DNA of 48,945 bases, the filler included, from Bipalium vagum (Eukaryota): the NCBI GenBank assembly GCA_037834085.1. It is 2 parts of 2 records of this genome, joined end to end, with 100 filler letters (N's around TTAATTAATTAA, not from the genome) between each part and the next. Parts side by side here need not be neighbours in the genome. Positions count along the whole stretch, not along the records: positions 23,136 to 48,945 come from JBBMKC010174377.1; 1 more part is not named here. One strand, 5' to 3'. Below are positions 24,290 through 37,377 of this stretch, piece by piece. How positions within the stretch are numbered: the first letter of the stretch is position 1; every line of letters begins with the position of its first letter. Both the position numbers and the translations under genes were made by a program. The notes under the pieces were generated by a model. The model was not told where the DNA came from, made no database searches, and saw only the letters and a program-made list of their open reading frames with translations.

Positions 24290-27200
24290 ATGTTGATGAA
24301 CAGTACAGAAATTCTGTCGAGAAATAAAGATTTCCGATTTATGTTTTTATCCGTTATACCAATATGGACTTTTTTCACAAATGGCATTGTCTTGGTTGCA
24401 TTTGTCCGGGAAAAGAACTTGAAAAATAATATGGCCAATATTACAATAGCTTCATTGACTTTGGCAGACTTTTTGTTAGCTCTTTTTGTGCTGCCTCTGG
24501 CAGTTTATTTTAAGGTAATTGCGTTCTTTTTTTTTTAATAAAATACTTCTGAAAAGAAAATTATAAAAAATAAATATTTTAGAATTAACTTAAAAATATT
24601 TAGCTCATTGAAAAACACCTCTTTTAATATTTTTATTATGATTATAATATACTGTTTTTTGGAAAAGGATTAAGAATCGCAATTTATTAATGAATAATAA
24701 TTTCTTATATAAGAAAAAAAATATAAATAAATAAATTTAAAATAGATGTTAAAACCTATGAAACATTTAGTTAAAAAAATATTCATTTAAACATTTTTTT
24801 AAAATAATATTAAAATTAATTAATACATTAATTAATTCGAAAACCCTTAATGATCTTAGATTCTATCTTAGTAAAGATTATAAATATTTTAACAATATTA
24901 GGTGTGTGAATTAATTCAGTCCGCTTTTATGTCAATGAATCATTGATTATTTTTTAAACATAAAACTTATTAATTTTTTTAGTTTTAAAATATTTTAATA
25001 ATATTTTCCTTATAAAAGTTTTGTATTGTAACAATAATATATTTTTAACTCAATTAAGTGTCAAGATTTGAATCGGATAAACATCATTGCTCATTTTTTG
25101 TTTCCATTTAATTCTCATGGAAGCTTATGGTTAAATTGCTCTGAAAGGTTATTCAGAATAATTGACGGTTGAAGTAATTGTTAAGTGTTTATAGAACAAT
25201 TTCTGTGTTTTGCAGCCATGGGAAAGATTTATAAAGAATGACAACGGATGTCATATAAACTGAAAGAAGACGCAGAAAAAATGTTTAAAATTTATCTTGA
25301 AAGGCGAAAAAGAAAAAGGTTTTGTATCACATGTGGATTGGAGACATAAATAGAATACGTGGTGTCACAATAAAGTTTTGAATTTTTTAAAAAAATCAAA
25401 GGTATTAAAAACAACAATAAATCATATTTCATAACTCAAAAGAGTCACCATTGACTTGAATGCACTTAGTACATCTTTTATTACAAAGCGCCAAAAAAAT
25501 TTTTAAGTCCACTTTTGGAATACCGTACGGTTCACTAATAACAATCATCTGAATATCCTCAATATATTAAAACATTATTTTCTTTAAGTATTGATGTCAG
25601 CTTGGAAATAGATTGAAATCTGCTGTACCTAATCCGGTTAATATTGTGAATAGCTGATTACCATACATCCTGTAAAATCCAACTTCCTTTAGTACTGTAA
25701 TGAGGTCTTATTTTGCGAATTCTTTTCAAAAGCCGAAAAATCACTTCTTTGTAATAAACAGGATTGACTGTTTTATCAGAAGGTAGAACTTCTTTGAGAA
25801 TGATTTCGTGGGAATCAAAAAATGTGATCAGGAGGATTTTAATCTTTGATTCTTGTAGCAATAACTTTTTTAGTTTTGTAGAGCTCTTTGAACCCCATTG
25901 TATATTCTGTCGTTTGATTTCAGGATCATATTGAAAACACCACTACTCATTACCGGTAACAAATCATAAAATTTGGGTCAATATCACAAGCCAAAATGAA
26001 ATTTCTGCAGCAATCAACCCTGAGTTGAGATAATTCAGCTGTCAACCTGTGAGGAACAAACCGTGAACATATTTTTTTCCTACCTAAATTCTCAATTAAC
26101 ATTTTCCGAATTGATTTTCTATTGAATCCAGTTTCATCTTTAAGCATCCTTATTGACTTCAATATTTTCTTTAATTTTGTACATGTCTTCATCATGTCTG
26201 GAGGTAGATGGACGGTTACTTCTCTCATTATCAAAAGGATCATTACGACCTTAACGTAAGATAGAATATTATTCAAAGACTGTAAATCTTGTCATTGTAT
26301 TGTTCCCAAACATAATTTTTAACATTAATAAGGTCTCAGTATGTGTTTTGCCTAACGTATAGTAAATTTTGATATTTACTCTGTAAAATTGTGTCAATAC
26401 TTAAAATGTTAGCAGATTAAGTTAGCAGATTACTTCAGATAAACAAATAAATAGTTGAAATCAAATAATCAGAAATTTCAGTGAAGTATCATGTGCTGCC
26501 ATCATAAACAAAATTCATTTTAAACTGTATAATTCGCGTTATAAAATCATTAATAATATTATTGGAACTTTATTGTCACACCATTTATTGAACGCTGAAA
26601 ATCGATATATGTCTCCGAAAAACTGTGGAAATCGAAACAAAAACGAAATATTTACTCCAAGGAAGTAAAATGCTTCACAAATTGTTAAAAGTAAATCAAA
26701 ACCTTAACTGTAGAGCGTTACAAACAACGATTGATAGATTAAAACAAAGCATGGAAAAATAAGCCACCAAAATAAGTAAAAAAAATATAACCAAAGTGTA
26801 TAAGTAAAGAAAAGACTTAAAAAAATAAAAAAGATAGTGAAATCAAAAAAATTAGGGAAAACAAAATGGAACTAAATTATAAAATAAAAATAGAAAAATT
26901 ATTATTATAATTTCTGCACTAATTCTGTTTTCCTGTGAAAGGTTTCCCAAAATATTCTAATTATGCTTATCCTACATTGTAATTAAATAGATAATAATTT
27001 CTATTATGATTTTGGCTCTTTCTGCCTTCCTTATTGCAGGAAATTCCCCATCAAAAATTTATAAATGAATAATCCCGAAGACAGATAGCACCGGGAGCTT
27101 CGGTGGGCGTATTAATGAAAAAATGTATAATCTAATACAACTGTGTTTACTGCAAATTAATGCTGAGCCTACTGACGAAGCTGTGAGCATATTTCTTGTG

Positions 27201-30200
27201 GATTAAATACAATGTCGATTAATGTTCCATATGAACTGAAATGTGGACGCTTTGCAGTACCAATTCTCTTTAGTCGTTGCTGTTTTCTATTGAGATTTTT
27301 CCCAAAGATCAAACGAGTCTTCCCTATCTTGCAATTGTACAAATCATCATTTTCGTCTGTCATCATTCTCGTTTACCATTTCTAGCAATAATATAAGCAG
27401 TTTTTATTCATTTTTAATTATTGCATTCAATTTNNNNNNNNNNNNNNNNNNNNNNNNNNNNNNNNNNNNNNNNNNNNNNNNNNNNNNNNNNNNNNNNNNN
27501 NNNNNNNNNNNNNNNNNNNNNNNNNNNNNNNNNNNNNNNNNNNNNNNNNNNNNNNNNNNNNNNNNNNNNNNNTCTTCATTTATCATTTCATTTATTATAC
27601 AAAATTAATTATTTATTACTATTATTTTTTTTTAATTTATTACTATAATTACAAAGTTAATTAATTATTTATTTGCATTCAATTTAAAGATATTTTTAGT
27701 AATAAAATAATAATAATTAATTAAAAATAAATAATTGATATAAATAATTAATAATAATTAATTAAAAATAATTAATTAAAAATAAATAAATAATATAAAT
27801 AATTAATAATAATTAACTAAAAATAAATAAATAATATAAATAATTAATAATAATTAATTAAAAATAAATAAATAATTAAAATTAATAAAAAATAACTTTT
27901 TTACATTTATAACTCCATTTATGATACAAAAAAGGAATATATTGTAATCCAGTTAAAAACTGGAAATAATTATGAAAATTAAGAATTCATCTTATTTTAT
28001 TTTATTTAATAATTATTTTTTTTATGTATTAATAAGTAATACTATTACCATGAGAGACTTTAAATTTAGCTCATAGTAAATAATTCCGACATATATCAGT
28101 CAATTCAAATAAGGCTATTTTAAGTTTTTATTAAAAATAATAATATATGACATTTGAAAACGAAAATTATGTTATGTACTGGGTGTTTTTACTCCTGATT
28201 ATTAACAAATTGGCTTCTCACTTATATTATTGTTGCGTCATTAAAATAAAAAATCACAATTACTATATATTTCTCTCTTAAAGTGAAAAACTGAAGAAAA
28301 ATTTCCAATTTTACAATTACTGTAAGACGATCCCATAAATTACATTGCAATTTTATGTCAATATCACAAGCAAATGGTGCCAGTAATCAAGTTGATAAAA
28401 ATATGAGAGAAATCAATAATTTATTTATAATAAACTAATTATTATGTACAGTCATGAAAATGAAAAGTATATACCTTTCAAATCTCTAGCATTTGGTAAA
28501 ATCATTTCTTATTTATTCGTTTCAACTATTTATGTAAAGTGAAAGGACAGCCAATGAAATTATATATAGCAATAGATATTTTTTCTAATTTTGTTTGAAC
28601 AAAATATTTATTTAAAATGCATGCTAGCAAAAATATGAAAAGAGATACAGAATTATCAGATTTTATTCGTGGAAGAATATATTTATTGAAAATTGATGTT
28701 CAATGGAGCTACCAGGATATTGTGGTTCATTTAAAGATGTCTTGAAACACAACTGCTAAATTTTGTCAGCAGTTATGCCCAAATCACTAAAAATCATGAA
28801 GAGGCTAAATCACAAGTGAGCAAGATGAACTTAATATCGTACGAAATTTTGAATCTAATCAGTTTAGAATTGCTGTAGAAATGCAAAAGGAATTTTGTGA
28901 AAATGGAATATGTACGTATACACCTGTGCGGAAACCGAAACTGAACCAAAGATTGAAAGATCAAAGAAGTGAGTAAGGTTTCAATCACTTACACTAGATG
29001 TTAGATGACTGATATCACATTGCGTTTAGTGATTAAAGTAGCTTGTCACTGATACTGCTCAGTATGCGCGCCGACGTTTAAAAGAAGGGTATAATGAACA
29101 AGATGTACTTACTGTGAGAGGCAATTATATGATTTGGGATACTTTCTCTGTGAATCACTTTACACTATTTTATCGAGTTAAAGGTGGGATGTTTGAATTC
29201 AGAAAGGTATCAACAACCTCTTAAAACCTGTTCACTGCCAATTATACACAAATTCTAATCAAACAGAAGTCAATTTGAACAGGACAATGACCTGCAACTA
29301 CGTACAGATAAAAAGAAATTGGTCAATGTCCTTCCATGGACTAGTATTAGTCCAGATATAAGCCCAATCGAAAATGTATGGGGTCGAATGAAGTGCGCTC
29401 TGAAACGAGATAGTGAGCTGCCAACTGACAGTGACCAGCTACTTCCTACGTTGGAGGAAATATAGATAGACTTAATGAGCAGCACACAATATCACCTTGT
29501 TTTAATTAAATCCACATTTTTAATGGTCTCAATTAAAATATTGAATGTGTTTTAAATATCTGTAAATACCTGGTTTGAATAAAGAGTCTTTAGACTTGTA
29601 TAGAATTAAAATTAAGAAGTCCATCAAATTTTCTGTATGAAACAGTGAATATATATAAAAGCAAATATCATGGAGTCTGTTTTAAACAATAGTCGTTATA
29701 TGGAATCATGTCAGTTAAATCAGAGATCGGATATATTTTAAAAGATCTTAATGGCTGAATACTATCTCTGTAAATTATATTTTTCTAATTTGAAATTTTC
29801 AACATTTTCCAAACCTAAATTTTTCCAAAAAATAATAAATTACAAAAATATACCAATTGACCAATGAAAATTAAGAAAAATAAAATTATTATTTTCAAAT
29901 AATAACATGGCTATTATAAGATAATTTCTAGAATAAACAAAGGCTGAAAAAGGAAATGAATAAGGAAACATTTCATAAAATACAAGCAGCACAAGAGGAA
30001 TTTTTAAACAGCTTTTTCACCAAATTGCATTAATTAAAACAATTAAATATTTAAAAATTAAACAATGTTTACACGATTTTAATTTTAATTGACATGTGAA
30101 TTTTGAGAAATGTGGTGATGTAAATATTTTACATTACTTGATATTTTTATTTATTAATATATCTAATGACCAAAGGGTATGTTAAAATTGTTTTTGCCAA

Positions 30201-33200
30201 GGTTGACGATGTTGTTAAGTTTAAAAATTGATTTAATATCTTTAAATATTCGTAAAGAGATGGTTTGATTAAAAGTTCTCGAGCTCGTACAGAAATAAAA
30301 TGAAGAAGTCCATAGTCTTTTTCGCGCGTTGTTTATGGGCTTTTAGTTACTTGAAGTCAGTCCACGTTTTTGGATTATATTCAAACCGATAACAATTGTT
30401 ACCAAATTTAACTATTTTATTTTTCATATCATTTTTCCTTAGTAGCATAAGTTAATATTTTTATTAAAATCTTGTTACTATTTTTAGCAACCTATTTTTT
30501 TTATCATTAATTATAAACATTATTAATTATTTTTTAAATTTTATTTATTATTTATTATTTTTACTAAAATGTTTCAATGAAATCACATAGTCAATCACGG
30601 GTTATATCCACTAATTGGCTTTGGTTCCTTTTCTTTGATTTTGGATTGATTTTTTTCATCTTTGAATTGGATTGTGTTGCCATTATACGTGACTCCGATC
30701 CAATGGTTGGGAGTCTCTACATAACTTACAATTTCATTGCCTTCTGCATCACAAATTTCGTTTGTAGCATCTCTTGTGACATATCCTGGATTCCACCAAT
30801 AACGAATTAAAATCCGAAGTTTAAAATGAATGAAAGTCATTTGCGGTATATCATTGAAATTTGTTATAATCCAATTTTACAAAAACATATAAATTGAATT
30901 CAATTGTTGAAGAATTTTTGGAACAACCTTATAATAATAAAAAATATAAATGAAATATTATTAGATTTTAAAAGAAAATAAATTATGAAAAATATTTATA
31001 ATTGAAAGTATGAAGAAAATAAAAAAAAGATTTTCAGACATTTTTTCATGAAAATTCAATAATCAACATGGAACATATTTTAATAAAAAATAATTAAATA
31101 TCACCTTAAATCCGAGTAAAGAAGAGAAAATATTTTAAAATCGTGGAAAATGTTTCTCAATAAATATCAATCATTTTGGTAACAAAAAAATTTTTTTGAA
31201 TTATTAATATAAATAATATAATAAATGAAATATTTCTAAATCATAAACAAAATTAATTTTTTTTAAAAAAATAAATGGAAAATAAAACTTTCATTTGTTA
31301 TTTATGCACATGAAGAATACATTATTAAATTAATGACTTAAATTAAAAACTAATTTTAAAGAATTTCTAATTAACGCATATCAAAATAATAATTTTTCTC
31401 CAGGTAGATACATACATTTGCCCAACATCGTAAATAAACGAAAAATGAATTCAGAAAGATTTGATTATAAAATAAAATTTTTCAACTATTTTTCCCGTTT
31501 AAGTTTATATTTGTTTAATTAAAGTTAATATTTTTTATTTATTTAACATTTTTCTTCTTGTTAAATAATATTGATTATATTATGTAAAATATAAAAATAA
31601 ATAAAAAATTATTTTACAATATTTTTTGATAATTTAATTCCAGTGTATATTAATAAATTTAATTAAATCTTGTTATCCTATTAAATTTTGTTGTTCTTTT
31701 TTTTCAATGTTCTGTACTACCTCCCTTCGATCAATGATAAAAATACCTTCACAGAGTTTATTAAAACTGCAATCATTATATTTTATTCAAGAAGGGAAAG
31801 GGAATAGATAATCAAGAGATAAAAAGACATCTGTTAATCTTTTGTTTAACAGAGAAGTTAATAAAACTTTGATTAATTAGTCTTGAAAGAATGTCCCTCC
31901 CTTCACTCAAAATATGCAGTTGGAATAAATTCACTATAATTAATTTGATTTTATCAGGCAGGCATCGTTTATCTCATCCTTATAAAAGGTAATTTTTAAA
32001 TTATGCATTCCAGTCCAAACAGACTCTATTATTGTCTATTACTTTTTTGTTTTAATCATCAATTTTCTTATAATCAATTAATTTCATCTTCTTTTAATTC
32101 ATTTAGTATTTTATTGAATAAAATTATTTTCTCTTCATTGGAGATCGCCTTATCTTATACTATGTGTATCGTTAAATGATGTCGATTTTTTCAATTTATT
32201 TTTTATGATATAGGAAAAAATATAATCTATTGATTATATATTGTATTTTTCTTAATATAGATTATTTAATAGGATAATCATTTAAATATTATTAATGTTT
32301 TAATATTTTAAATATTTCTAGGCATAGAAATGACAACATTTATTCCTGGTAAAAATTATTTGTTCGGGGTAATGATCCACTATTTTATTTTCGGATTAAA
32401 AATATCGCAGAAGCTAACCACATACTTTGCGAGGTTTGTGGGGAACATGCACCATATCATGTCAGCTGTGAAGATTGGTTAAAACTCTTCAAAAAAAAAA
32501 GTAAAAAAAATAGAACGTCCAGTATGTACTTTTGTATTTGAAAAATGGGCCAAAAGTCATGGTAAAGTAATTTTATTCCTTGACAACGCATCGTCACATA
32601 CTTCAAAAGTAGTCAAAACAATGTTAAAAGATTAAAAGTAAAAAGATAAACGTTTGATGGCTGAGTAGCTCTTCAAGACTTACGAAGATGTCTAAAATTT
32701 GCTTCTGAATGGTTCGCCTAGTAAAAAGAAAAAATTTTTTGGTCAATATCCACAAGTTGCCTGAAATATGGAAGACATGTGTAATTAATAAGTTAAATTT
32801 CTGAGTAAAATATTTCTTTGTATCTTTTGAAATTTTTGTGTTTTGTTTGTCTAAGGAATCCGCATTATTTACCGGTACACTTAATAATGAATATTCAATA
32901 TATATAACTCAGCGAAAAATGTTAAAATCCATATATATATATCCATAATATATCCATATACTTGATATTAAAGATGGAATAAAATTCAAGACAGGTGCAT
33001 TTGTCAATAGTAGGTAATATTTTTTAATCCAAAATTTATAAATTGGTGGTGAAGGGAAGATCCTAAGCTTTTATTTACTGAGATTTGATTTTGTTTTTAT
33101 AACCATTTAACTGTAAGAATATATTCAAGGATGACTCTTTTTTCATTTTGACATAAATGTTTAACGTTGATAATTTTGACTTAGAATTTTAAACTTGTTC

Positions 33201-35709
33201 TTAAAAAATTATCAGGTTAAAATTACCAAAAACAAAACTATATTGAAACACTTCTTTCAGCAAGGTTGTAAAAATTTTTATTTCATAACAGATAAGGAAG
33301 TCTTTCATTCAATTTACAAAATAGATTGCACACAGTTCTGAATTAATGTGGCTAGGCAAAAGGTGAAATGTTGACAAAGTTCTTTTCCAGATCTACAAGC
33401 GACTTGATTGGATATTCTTGTCTATCGTCTCTTGGACATTGAAATATTTGTAAATTCACTTGGAGGAGCCTTGCACTAAACTTTTCTAATGGCCTAGTGC
33501 TTTTCAATTGGTGTCAATTGCGGGAAAAGCCTATTTTCCACTTCTTAAGAGTGTCAATAACATATTCTTCATAATGAGCTTTTGCCAAACTTGGCTAAAC
33601 AGACCTTATCTGAACCACCAAACATGTCAGCAAACTTAAAGGGGCGAGGTAAAAAATCTTTTTTATATTCTGTTGACTTTATAGTAATAGTAGTATCTAA
33701 AGGTCACTGTGTTGACTAAGCACATCGAAATCAATTATTTCTTTGGGAACTTTGGTCTTCGGTTATTTTTTTTATTGTTGATACACTTTCCACGTCATTG
33801 TGATATTAATTGCCAATTATTTCATTTGAATTTATTAGCACATTTGACTCCTCTTACATATCAACAAATTTATTCTGTTTAATTAACAATATTCTTCGAT
33901 ACAATTTCCAAGCATTATTTTTACATCTTTCCGGTTGAACTTCTTCTTTCTTGTCTTGTTTTTCTCGTCTAAATAAATGCTTTAGAAATACCCTAAACAT
34001 TTACCATGTTTTTACCAATTTTATGGTTCCTCTATAAATATTGTATCTTTTTCATCGTTCGGTTGGTTAGCACTGACTTTTGGATCTTAATTCCCAATGT
34101 AATCAACTCGACCCTTTTCATTGTAACGTTTCAGCACCTTTTCGATAGTTCTCTTTTTAAGACCTTAATCAATAAAATGGATAATGGTTATCTTACGATC
34201 GTTTTGATGACACTTGTTACAATTGACAATCGCATTTCCCATTTCTTCACACGTTTTTTATTTCACTTTTGGTTTGAAATTTTTTTCTGTTTAATCAACT
34301 AATCAACGATTTAACTTTCGATTAAAAGTTTGGTTTGTATTCAACAGGTGTTTATAGCGTCACATCTGTCATATCAGTTTTTCGAACTTAAGTCTGAGGC
34401 ACCCTTTATTAGTACGAAGTTATTTTTAGTTGTTTTAAATTCCTTTATTTCGACATAAACGAGATGAAATCGATCTTGGATTATTGAATAACTCTTATAT
34501 GTCATGCAGAAATCAGTTGGTATCATTCCAAAACCAAAATATAAGAAAGAGAAATTCAAGCTACATTTTTTAAAAAATTAAGACAAAAATATCAATGATA
34601 AGAAAAAATAAGCAAAAAATATTTCTAATTTAACTTTATTTTTTGATATTATAAATAAAATATTGTTTATTTATTATCAATTACAGGTCAACGGCGGCTG
34701 GGACTTGGGTTTTCCTCTTCACTTGGCATGGTTTTGTACGGATGTCTTCTTTTCATCCAGCAGTATAATGAATCTCTGTGCTATTTCCGTTTATAGATAC
34801 CTGGCAATCGCATATCCATATCGGATCAGCTACACGTTATCTGTGAAACACATTGTATACCTTCTCTTAGTAGCATGGGGCCTTTCATTTCTAGTCAGCT
34901 TGGCCATGATGATTGAGGCGATCATTTATCAAAACTTCAATGATAAAACTCTAAATTTTAAGTCAATGGAGCACAGACCTTATAGAAATATATCAATAAA
35001 GTATATGATGGGAGATAAACCTTTCCTCATTTACGGAAGTATTTTGACTTTTTTCTTACCTCTTACCATCATGGTGTTCACGGTTTTTCGAAGCATACAA
35101 ATGTTGAAAAGACATAGTACCCTTTCTTTTGGACTTCATCAAGTGATGAATTGCGGAATGAATCCTCAACAGATTATCGGAAGGAAAAAACAGAAAAGTA
35201 AAGATTTAATCAAGGAACAAATAAATAATGACAGTTACTTGCCAATTTCTAATACTGTAGAACATTTAATAAATGTCACGTCCAAGACGGATAATCATCA
35301 AGTGGAACCTATTAGGGTTGCAAATAAAGATCGCTTAAGTTCCGGAGCAAATGTCTCACTGTTACCTTTTCCAATTGTCGTTCCACAACTTAAAGAGTGT
35401 CAGTCCCAAACAATATCAATGTTGAGAACTACCATCAGAAATGTTTACATTATTTCATCGAAAGAACGACGAGCAATTCGGACACTTCTTATTGTCTTGG
35501 TATTTTTCGTAGTCTGTTGGTTTCCTTTTTTCACTCTTCAGCTAATCATTGCTTTTACCTTCAATGATGATTTTGATCAGCAATTGCTATTCGACTTTGC
35601 ATGGCCCGGTTACGTTTCATCCGGCATAAATCCGGTTATCTATGCCATATTTCACCCAGAATACAATTTGGCCATGAAAAAATGGTTGTTGGAGTTATGT
35701 TCCAAATAA
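24290..35709 (+). CDS. Class A aminergic GPCR, most like serotonin 5-HT2-type receptors. Exons 24290-24514 and 34687-35709, ~415 aa.
   Basis: Phase-0 join AAG|GTAATT...TTACAG|GTC gives ...VLPLAVYFK-VNGGW.... Motifs: TM2 SLTLAD, TM3 D3.32 (TDVFFSSSSIMNLCAIS), TM5 FLIYGSILTFFLPLTIM, TM6 ERRA...CWFPFF, TM7 WPGYVSSGINPVIY. The subtype is inferred from motif resemblance only. Confidence 0.88.
24898..26780 (+). mobile_element. Old mariner remnant (outer element), split by a second mariner
   Basis: Left TIR-like TTAGGTGTGTGAATTAA. LERRKRKRFLYHMWIGD lies before the insert, and KRNIYSK..LLKVNQ..TVERYKQRL after it. Confidence 0.65.
25358..26585 (-). mobile_element. Near full-length degenerate mariner with both TIRs and TA target duplication
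   Basis: TA-CGTGGTGTCACAATAAAGTT at the left and AACTTTATTGTCACACCATT-TA at the right. Minus strand reads CSRFVPHRL, TGNE*WCFQYDPE, KILLITFFD. Confidence 0.9.
27434..27572. other. Assembly gap inside the GPCR intron
   Basis: Run of N. Confidence 0.99.
27700..27895. repeat. Low-complexity A/T tandem repeat
   Basis: Repeated AATAATTAATTAAAAATAAATAAATAATATA-type units next to the gap. Confidence 0.8.
28449..29600 (+). mobile_element. Degenerate Tc1 transposon
   Basis: TA-CAGTC start, MKRDTELSDFIRGRI, IMIWDTFS, FEQDND, PWTSISPDISPIENVWG. Right boundary approximate. Confidence 0.8.
32325..32886 (+). mobile_element. Internally deleted mariner remnant with right TIR
   Basis: CEVCGEHAP..SCEDWLKLFK and HGKVILFLDNASSHT. 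Ends ...TTACCGGTACACTTAATA. Confidence 0.75.
33950..34408 (-). mobile_element. Tc1/mariner-superfamily 5' fragment
   Basis: Minus strand starts TA-AAGGGTGCC and reads AIVNCNKCHQNDRKITIIHF..GLKKRTIEKVLKRYNEKGRVDY. Similar to the 10830-11290 remnant. Confidence 0.55.
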
Positions 35710-35934
35710 TCCAGATTGTCCAAAAGATTATTTTATCAATGTCACAATATTAAAATCGACGAAATATTTTATTTTAATGACTTCAATGAAACAAAGTTTT
35801 ATATTTTATGACTAAGTTGTGACATAATCCGAATATATAAATAATTTTGTAAAATAAATAATCTTTTGAGAGAAATTATCTTTACTCTATTTAAATTAAA
35901 TTTCAAATATTATTTTTTATTGTTTTTGTTACAT

Positions 35935-36761
35935 TCTCGTAATTGTGATGTCAAAGACTTAATCAATGAGAATCGTTACAAAACAACACATGCCATTGCA
36001 AGGAACCTCAGCGTATCACATGCAACCATCGAAAGCTATATTAAGCATATGGATTGGATGAAGAAAATCGATTTGTGTTCTTTACCAACTTAATGAAAGT
36101 TACGTTAGATAACGCTTTAAAATCTACGTTTTGCTTATTAAACTTGACAAAAATATTCCATTTTGTAACAATTGTTAACGGGCGATGAAAAATGGATTTT
36201 TCCCAAATATGTTTTTGAAAAGAATCATGGTACAAGTTAAAGGAAACAGTGCAGACGTCGTTCAATGCTGATAAACATCTAAAGAAATGAATAATAAGCA
36301 TCTAATCATTAATCATATACCTCGAAACTTTGTCAAACAGGTAAAAGATTAATTCTTATATTTACATTGATCAATGGATAAAAATGAACACGGAAATCAA
36401 AGTAAAACGCCAATAATTGGCAAATCAAAAAGGCACTGTTTTTATCATGACAATGTATAACTACATCACTTTTTGACTCCTTGGTAAAAATTATTGAACC
36501 TTGATTGGGACGTATTGTCATATCCCCCATATGGTCGATACCTGACCCATTCCGATTCTCGTTTAAATAATAAAACTTTTACAAATGATTTGAAATTTTG
36601 TAGAGAAACCCAAAAGGTTTTATGAACGAGAATTTTTTATGCATTGAAATGATGACAGGTCATTGATAATAATGCACAATTAAAATTTGATAAACATATA
36701 TCGTTTCATATAGTTTGTATTCTTACAAAAAATTGGTAATTCCTTTCTTCCCATTGCAATA
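35935..36761 (+). mobile_element. Highly degenerate mariner remnant just 3' of the GPCR
   Basis: LINENRYKTTHAIARNLSVSHATI, IVNGDEKWIF-like, LFLSHDN-like, and HIPHMVDT/HPPY..L-like segments. Confidence 0.7.
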
Positions 36762-36849
36762 TGTCAAAAATAATTAAAACAATATAAAAAATTATACCAA
36801 TTAAAAATCGTAGTAGCGATATAATTAATAAGAATTAATTAAAATATGT

Positions 36850-37036
36850 NNNNNNNNNNNNNNNNNNNNNNNNNNNNNNNNNNNNNNNNNNNNNNNNNNN
36901 NNNNNNNNNNNNNNNNNNNNNNNNNNNNNNNNNNNNNNNNNNNNNNNNNNNNNNNNNNNNNNNNNNNNNNNNNNNNNNNNNNNNNNNNNNNNNNNNNNNN
37001 NNNNNNNNNNNNNNNNNNNNNNNNNNNNNNNNNNNN
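36850..37036. other. Assembly gap
   Basis: Run of N. Confidence 0.99.
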
Positions 37037-37377
37037 TGAGCTCTGTTTGAAAATCTTGATTCTTATATGATTTAAATTATTATGATACCGGTACAATTTC
37101 CAGTTTTCTTATATTGGGTTTTTAAATGATTTTCATTTCACAAATAGATGAAAAGAATAATTAAAACAAGTCAATTTAATTAATTAAATTCACATTGTTA
37201 AATTCATCATTAATTAAAGTAGTCAATCAAAATAACGACTTTCCTGAAAAATATTTTCCATTTGTCTTTTAAAAGAGGATTTATACTATATTTATTATTA
37301 AAATTAATATTTTATTTATAATAATTATTATTATGATTACTATTAATATGACTAATATTATGCTTTTTATTATTTAT

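Noticed and set aside
27404-37096. ORFs containing runs of X (27404-27648, 36839-37096)
   Set aside because: Artifacts of N gaps.
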